Below, piece after piece: positions 59,410 to 64,000 of a stretch of 64,000 nucleotides of DNA (the first letter of the stretch is position 1; every line of letters begins with the position of its first letter). Below the pieces are notes generated by a model. That model worked only from the letters and a program-made list of their open reading frames with translations. It made no database searches and was not told where the DNA came from. The stretch lies in assembly GCA_027622665.1 (NCBI GenBank), contig JAQBYT010000001.1:224001-288000 (forward strand). Direction: 5' to 3'. The translations under genes were made by a program, and so were the position numbers. Origin of the DNA: Verrucomicrobiota bacterium. Its GTDB lineage: Bacteria; Verrucomicrobiota; Verrucomicrobiia; Opitutales; Seribacteraceae.

Positions 59410-59946
59410 CTAAGCTGATTTTTTGCCTTCCTTGCGTCGAACGAACTCACCCACAATTCGAACTCCCTTGCCTTTGTAAGGTTCAACTGGGTAGTAACTC
59501 TTGATATCGGCAGTCACCTGTCCCACCTTTTGCTTGTCGGGGCCTTCGACGTGTATCTTCACATTGTCAGAAACGGTAACGGTGACACCTTCAGGTATCG
59601 AATATTCGATTGGATGGGAATAGCCTAACTCAAGGTCAACAAGGTTGCCTTTAACGGTGGCCCTAAAGCCCACGCCTTCAATAAGTAAATCCTTAGAATA
59701 AGACTTAACGACTCCATCAACCATATTCGAAATGATGGAACGAGCCGTTCCATACATAGCCCTTGCAGGTCGAGTATCGTCGGACGGAGTAACAGTAATT
59801 ACATTATCTTGCACAACAATTTGCGCCAACTTGGAAAAATGCTTTTTAAGTTTCCCATTCGGGCCGGTAACATTGACGAGGTTATCCTGAACGGAAACTT
59901 CAACGCCTGAAGGAATGTTTATTGGCAACTTGCCTTTCCTGCTCAT
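59410..59946 (-). CDS. rplF: 50S ribosomal protein L6
   Basis: GVGFRA, LGYSHP, EPYKGKGV, RRKEGK. Confidence 0.97.
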   Translation of the reverse strand: MSRKGKLPINIPSGVEVSVQDNLVNVTGPNGKLKKHFSKLAQIVVQDNVITVTPSDDTRPARAMYGTARSIISNMVDGVVKSYSKDLLIEGVGFRATVKGNLVDLELGYSHPIEYSIPEGVTVTVSDNVKIHVEGPDKQKVGQVTADIKSYYPVEPYKGKGVRIVGEFVRRKEGKKSA

Positions 59947-59991
59947 TTATAAATTATCCTTTGATTGTATTAAAGAGAGTGGTGGTGGGAT

Positions 59992-60390
59992 TTACCAAAC
60001 ATTACAAAGAATTTCTCCGCCAACCTTTTGTCGGCGTGCCGAGGAATCATCAAGTAAGCCTTTTGGCGTACTCAGTATCGAAATTCCCAACCCGTCAAGA
60101 ACCCGTGGTATTTCTCTGTAACCGCAATATGATCGAAGGCCCGGTGTGCTAGCTCGAGAAATTCCTTTGATAGCATGGCTTCCCTCTACATATTTAAGTC
60201 GAACTTGAATATTTTTCCAGCCTTTATCATCAATCGCTTCCCCAAAACTTTCAACAAAGCCACGGTCCTTAAGGATACGGGCAATTCCCTCCCGCACCTT
60301 TGAATGAGGATAGGCACAGGATTCCTTGCCTGCACTACCGGCATTTCGAATAACCGTTATAAAATCACCTATGGCATCATGAATTGACAT
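59992..60390 (-). CDS. rpsH: 30S ribosomal protein S8
   Basis: D.IGDFITVIRN, STPGLR.Y, GLGISILSTPKG, VGGEILC.VW. Confidence 0.97.
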   Translation of the reverse strand: MSIHDAIGDFITVIRNAGSAGKESCAYPHSKVREGIARILKDRGFVESFGEAIDDKGWKNIQVRLKYVEGSHAIKGISRASTPGLRSYCGYREIPRVLDGLGISILSTPKGLLDDSSARRQKVGGEILCNVW

Positions 60391-60423
60391 CTTTGTAACT
60401 CTTAGTTGGAGATTATGAAATAT

Positions 60424-60729
60424 TTACCACGAGGCCTTGATCACGCCCGGTAACTTGCCTTGTAAGGCCATCTCGCGAAATGTGATGCGAGAAAGACCAA
60501 ATTTTCGAATAAAGGAACGCGATCTCCCCGTAGCCGAACATCTTCTAGAGACTCGAACGGCAGAAGAATTGCGTGGGAGTTTGGCTAATTTAGACTGGGC
60601 GGAGTATAAATCCTCCACTTCAGTCTCGGGGTTAGTGATTATGGCCTTGAGGGCGGCTCGCTTGGTCGCGTAACGCTCAACCAACAGAATACGCTTATTG
60701 TTGCGAGCAATTGTAGATTTTTTTGCCAT
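60424..60729 (-). CDS. rpsN: 30S ribosomal protein S14 (101 aa, non-zinc type)
   Basis: [31 protein letters not shown]. Confidence 0.97.
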   Translation of the reverse strand: MAKKSTIARNNKRILLVERYATKRAALKAIITNPETEVEDLYSAQSKLAKLPRNSSAVRVSRRCSATGRSRSFIRKFGLSRITFREMALQGKLPGVIKASW

Positions 60730-60759
60730 AATTATTTAGGGGTAATTCTAATAAAAGAT

Positions 60760-61338
60760 TTATGCGGCTGCATCATCCTGATTTTGTTGCTCGGAAGAAG
60801 TCTTACGAAAGGGCATGCCAAGATGAGAGAGTAGTTCATGTCCCTCTTTGTCGGTCGCGGCAGAAGTTACAATACTGATATCGAGGCCAATGTTAGTACG
60901 CTGACGCTCGACATTAATTTCTGGAAAAATACTATGGTCAGTGATTCCGAGAGTGTAATTGCCATTACCGTCAAGCCGTGATGACACGCCCCTGAAGTCT
61001 CGAATGTTGGGTAATGAAATAGCAAGCAGTCTAAAGAGAAAATCCCACATCACCTCTCCCCTCAAGGTAACCATAAGGCCGACAGGCATCCCTTCGCGAA
61101 CCTTGAAATTGGAAACACTTATTCGAGCCTTACATATTACAGGAGATTGCCCCGCAATCGAAGCAAAGTCCTTTCGCAAGTCTTCCAAGCCAGCCTTGTC
61201 CATTTCTTCCCCGAAACCAGTATTAAGGACAATTTTAAGTACTTTTGGAACTTGATGGATATTCTTGTAACCAAGTCCCTTCATCAATGCTGGGACAATT
61301 TGGTCAGAATATTTTTTTTGTAAAAATGCTTGGCTCAT
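60760..61338 (-). CDS. rplE: 50S ribosomal protein L5
   Basis: FKVREGMPVG..VTLRG, IRDFRG, DGNGNYTLG, IFPEI. Confidence 0.97.
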   Translation of the reverse strand: MSQAFLQKKYSDQIVPALMKGLGYKNIHQVPKVLKIVLNTGFGEEMDKAGLEDLRKDFASIAGQSPVICKARISVSNFKVREGMPVGLMVTLRGEVMWDFLFRLLAISLPNIRDFRGVSSRLDGNGNYTLGITDHSIFPEINVERQRTNIGLDISIVTSAATDKEGHELLSHLGMPFRKTSSEQQNQDDAAA

Positions 61339-61358
61339 GTCTGTGAGTGTAAAAATTC

Positions 61359-61616
61359 TTATGAGGTACGCTTAGCTGCTCGTTCGGTGTGGCGAGATGA
61401 AAGCATTATGTTGGAATAGTGCAGAGATGCTTCTCTTTCTATAATTGAACCCTCCGGATTATCTTGGCTCTTGCGCTCATGACGTTTAACAAGATTAACA
61501 CCCTCTACGATTATGCGATTTTTTGCACGAAGCACTTCGAGGACTTTACCTTTTTTGGCCTTATGTTCACCGGCAATTACGGTAACTTCATCTCCTCTTT
61601 TTATCATTTTTGCCAT
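61359..61616 (-). CDS. rplX: 50S ribosomal protein L24
   Basis: [25 protein letters not shown]. Confidence 0.95.
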   Translation of the reverse strand: MAKMIKRGDEVTVIAGEHKAKKGKVLEVLRAKNRIIVEGVNLVKRHERKSQDNPEGSIIEREASLHYSNIMLSSRHTERAAKRTS

Positions 61617-61618
61617 GG

Positions 61619-61981
61619 TCAAAGAACCTCTGGTGCGAGAGATATAATTTTCATAAACTTAGATCGAAGCTCACGAGCAACAGGACCGAAAATGCGAGTT
61701 CCAACAGGAACTCCATCGTTGCCAACTAATACTATCGCATTTTCGTCGAAACGTATATAGCTGCCATCGGGTCGACGGATAGGAGCTCTAGTGCGTACGA
61801 CAACACCCCTAACAACCGAACCTTTCTTTACAGCTGAGTCTGTAGAACTTTCTTTAATGTGGCAAACGATTATATCGCCCACGCTTGCCGTTTTTTTGTT
61901 CTGCCCAAGCCTTCTAATCATACGAGCTTTCTTTGCTCCCGTATTATCGGCGACCTCCACGCGGCTAAGTAATTGAATCAT
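61619..61981 (-). CDS. rplN: 50S ribosomal protein L14
   Basis: MIQ...[33 protein letters not shown]. Confidence 0.97.
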   Translation of the reverse strand: MIQLLSRVEVADNTGAKKARMIRRLGQNKKTASVGDIIVCHIKESSTDSAVKKGSVVRGVVVRTRAPIRRPDGSYIRFDENAIVLVGNDGVPVGTRIFGPVARELRSKFMKIISLAPEVL

Positions 61982-61997
61982 GACAGTAAGAAATAGA

Positions 61998-62279
61998 TTA
62001 GGCGTTAGCAGCGTTCGGAGCACGATGTACGATTGAAACCACTCGCCAGCGTTTAAGCTTACTCAGCGGACGGGTAGCCATAATGCGAACGCGGTCACCA
62101 ACACCCGCTTGGTTTTCTTCGTCGTGAGCATGTACTGTAGTTTTTCGGCGAATTTCCTTCTTGTAAAGAGGGTGAGGCACTTTGTATTCGTACACCACCT
62201 TGAGCGACTTGTCGCCGGTCTTGGAACGCACGATACCGAGTAGTTCCTTGCGTTTGTTGCGTGATTCGCTTTCAGTCAT
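61998..62279 (-). CDS. rpsQ: 30S ribosomal protein S17
   Basis: [22 protein letters not shown]. Confidence 0.96.
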   Translation of the reverse strand: MTESESRNKRKELLGIVRSKTGDKSLKVVYEYKVPHPLYKKEIRRKTTVHAHDEENQAGVGDRVRIMATRPLSKLKRWRVVSIVHRAPNAANA

Positions 62280-62291
62280 AGTATAAATAGA

Positions 62292-62504
62292 TCAGGCTTT
62301 GGCAGCGATTGCTTCGGAAGATAATTTTTCGGCCAATATAGTATTGATTCTGGCTCGTTCTCGGCGTAAAGAGCAAAGCATGTGTGGCTTTTCTACCTGC
62401 CCAGTTTGCTTTCGTAGTCTTAGATTCATTAATTCGTCTCCTGTGTCACGAAACTTCTTTTCAAGTTCCTGAGTACTAAGTTTTCTTATTTCGGCGACCT
62501 TCAT
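62292..62504 (-). CDS. rpmC: 50S ribosomal protein L29
   Basis: ELMNLR, TGQVEKPH, ARINT; position between rplP and rpsQ. Confidence 0.94.
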   Translation of the reverse strand: MKVAEIRKLSTQELEKKFRDTGDELMNLRLRKQTGQVEKPHMLCSLRRERARINTILAEKLSSEAIAAKA

Positions 62505-62526
62505 AACAATTAAATCTTAAAGACAA

Positions 62527-62949
62527 TTAAAAGCTTTGTACGCGGGAAACAAGACGACAGCGAAATGGAAGTTTGGCGTCCGCAAGACTAAGGGCTTGAC
62601 GCGCGATAGTAATAGAACATCCAGCAACTTCGAACAAGACATGTCCTGGTCGAATGACTGCCACCCAATGATCTACCGGACCCTTTCCTTTTCCTTGACG
62701 AGTTTCGGCTGGTTTTTTCGTGACAGACTTGTGAGGAAAAACGCGAATCCAAACCTTTCCCTTACGCTTGAGGTGACGGTTTATTGCAACACGAGATGCC
62801 TCAATTTGATTTGAAGTCATACGACCACGAGTTAGTGATTGAATTCCATAATCACCAAAAGAAACTTTAGTTCCACGGGTAGCATTACCTCGAATTCTAC
62901 CTCTATGAATCTTGCGATACTTTGTCCGTGATGGAAGTAGCTTAGCCAT
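62527..62949 (-). CDS. rplP: 50S ribosomal protein L16
   Basis: [31 protein letters not shown]. Confidence 0.97.
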   Translation of the reverse strand: MAKLLPSRTKYRKIHRGRIRGNATRGTKVSFGDYGIQSLTRGRMTSNQIEASRVAINRHLKRKGKVWIRVFPHKSVTKKPAETRQGKGKGPVDHWVAVIRPGHVLFEVAGCSITIARQALSLADAKLPFRCRLVSRVQSF

Positions 62950-62983
62950 TGTAAATAATAAAGATTAAAATTTATAAGTCGAA

Positions 62984-63619
62984 TTAGAAAACGCGATCTT
63001 CATCCTTCAGACAAATCCAACATTTTATTCCAATGATGCCATAAACAGTCTTCGCCTCAATAAAACCATAGTCGATATTTTCTCGCAAAGTATGAAGAGG
63101 AACGCGGCCCTCTCTTTGTTTCTCTGTTCTGGCAATATCAGTTCCTCCCAATCGGCCGGCACATTGAATTCGAATTCCCTCGGCGCCCATAGACATAGTA
63201 GTCTGGACAGCCTTCTTCATCGCACGCCTGAAGGCTATCCGACGCTCCAGTTGAAGTGCTACGTTTTCGGCGACCAGGGAGGCTACGAGGTCAGGCTTTT
63301 TTACTTCCTGTATTTCGAGGCGAATCTCTTTTCCAATCCTCTTGTTTAATTCATCCCGCAGTCCGTCGAGCTCTTGCCCTTTCCGGCCAATTACAATACC
63401 GGGACGAGCAGTCCAAATAGTGACACGTGTTCTTGTGGAAGCACGTTCGATAACGACTCTAGGGACGGATGCGAAGCGTAGTTTCTTATCAAGATATTCT
63501 CTTATGCAAATATCTTCGTTGATAAATTTAGCGTAGTCGGTTTTGTTGGCATACCATCGTGCACTCCAGTTACGGCGAACCCCAAGCCGAAAACCAATCG
63601 GATTTACTTTTTGTCCCAT
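62984..63619 (-). CDS. rpsC: 30S ribosomal protein S3
   Basis: MGQKVNPIGFRLG, RPGIVIGRKG, GRVPLHTLR. Confidence 0.97.
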   Translation of the reverse strand: MGQKVNPIGFRLGVRRNWSARWYANKTDYAKFINEDICIREYLDKKLRFASVPRVVIERASTRTRVTIWTARPGIVIGRKGQELDGLRDELNKRIGKEIRLEIQEVKKPDLVASLVAENVALQLERRIAFRRAMKKAVQTTMSMGAEGIRIQCAGRLGGTDIARTEKQREGRVPLHTLRENIDYGFIEAKTVYGIIGIKCWICLKDEDRVF

Positions 63620-63623
63620 AGTT

Positions 63624-63959
63624 TTAGGCGTTGTCGGAAAGTATGATACGGAAATGGCTCATACGCTTTTTGTATGGGTGAGCTGAGCCGCGAGCAGCGG
63701 GCCTAAATCGACGTAAGGCAGGCCCTTCCTCAACAATTGCCTCACGAATAAGCAAACTGTCGGCAGCTAAATTTGCATTGTTTTCAGCATTAGCCATAGC
63801 AGACTTCAAAGTTTTAACGAGCATACGAGCTGCTTTGCGAGGAATAAACTTTAGCAACTCGACTCCTTCACTAGCCGTACGACCAGGTAAAACACGTGCC
63901 ACCTCCCTCGCCTTTTTAGGAGAGATCCGTAAATATTTAGTATAAGCCTTAATTTCCAT
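63624..63959 (-). CDS. rplV: 50S ribosomal protein L22
   Basis: RISPKKAR, SAMANAENN, GPALRRF.P.ARG. Confidence 0.96.
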   Translation of the reverse strand: MEIKAYTKYLRISPKKAREVARVLPGRTASEGVELLKFIPRKAARMLVKTLKSAMANAENNANLAADSLLIREAIVEEGPALRRFRPAARGSAHPYKKRMSHFRIILSDNA

Positions 63960-63961
63960 AG

Positions 63962-64000
63962 TCACTTTTGGGTGTGAGGGTTATGACTCCGGAAAGTACG
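63962..64000 (-). CDS. rpsS: 30S ribosomal protein S19, 3' end only
   Basis: RTFRSHNPHTQK-stop immediately upstream of rplV; matches the S19 C-terminal RTF..H motif. Confidence 0.8.
   Translation of the reverse strand, partial: RTFRSHNPHTQK

Overview
Bacterial chromosomal window, most consistent with Verrucomicrobiota (Opitutia-like). This is inferred from a double-length uvrA, DUF1501 and PVC-type heme proteins, a metX-metW fusion, and the rplY-pth-rpsF-ssb-rplI-dnaB-bamA-skp-lpxD gene order. Left to right: partial tandem-fused uvrA; tRNA-Glu; an accessory block (PQQ-like propeller, DsbD-like lipoprotein, DUF1501, an AT-rich islet with two paralogous orphan genes and gene remnants, FAD oxidoreductase, NanM-like/SSS fusion, gluconolactonase); rpmH-rnpA-yidC-yebC-metXW; a core minus-strand operon (rplY to degP); a second accessory block ending at a tRNA-Asn flanked by two degenerate tRNA-Asn copies; coaB with an NtrBC-like pair; gltA; hisDCBH; guaA; and the alpha/spc/S10 ribosomal cluster. 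The most unusual signals concern membrane-protein translocation. YidC carries an in-frame C-terminal J-domain with an intact HPD motif, and SecY has an extra C-terminal hydrophobic helix. In addition, rnpA has no canonical in-frame start codon upstream of its conserved N-terminus. No CRISPR array, rRNA or intact transposase/integrase was seen. All family calls come from motif recognition, not from database searches.
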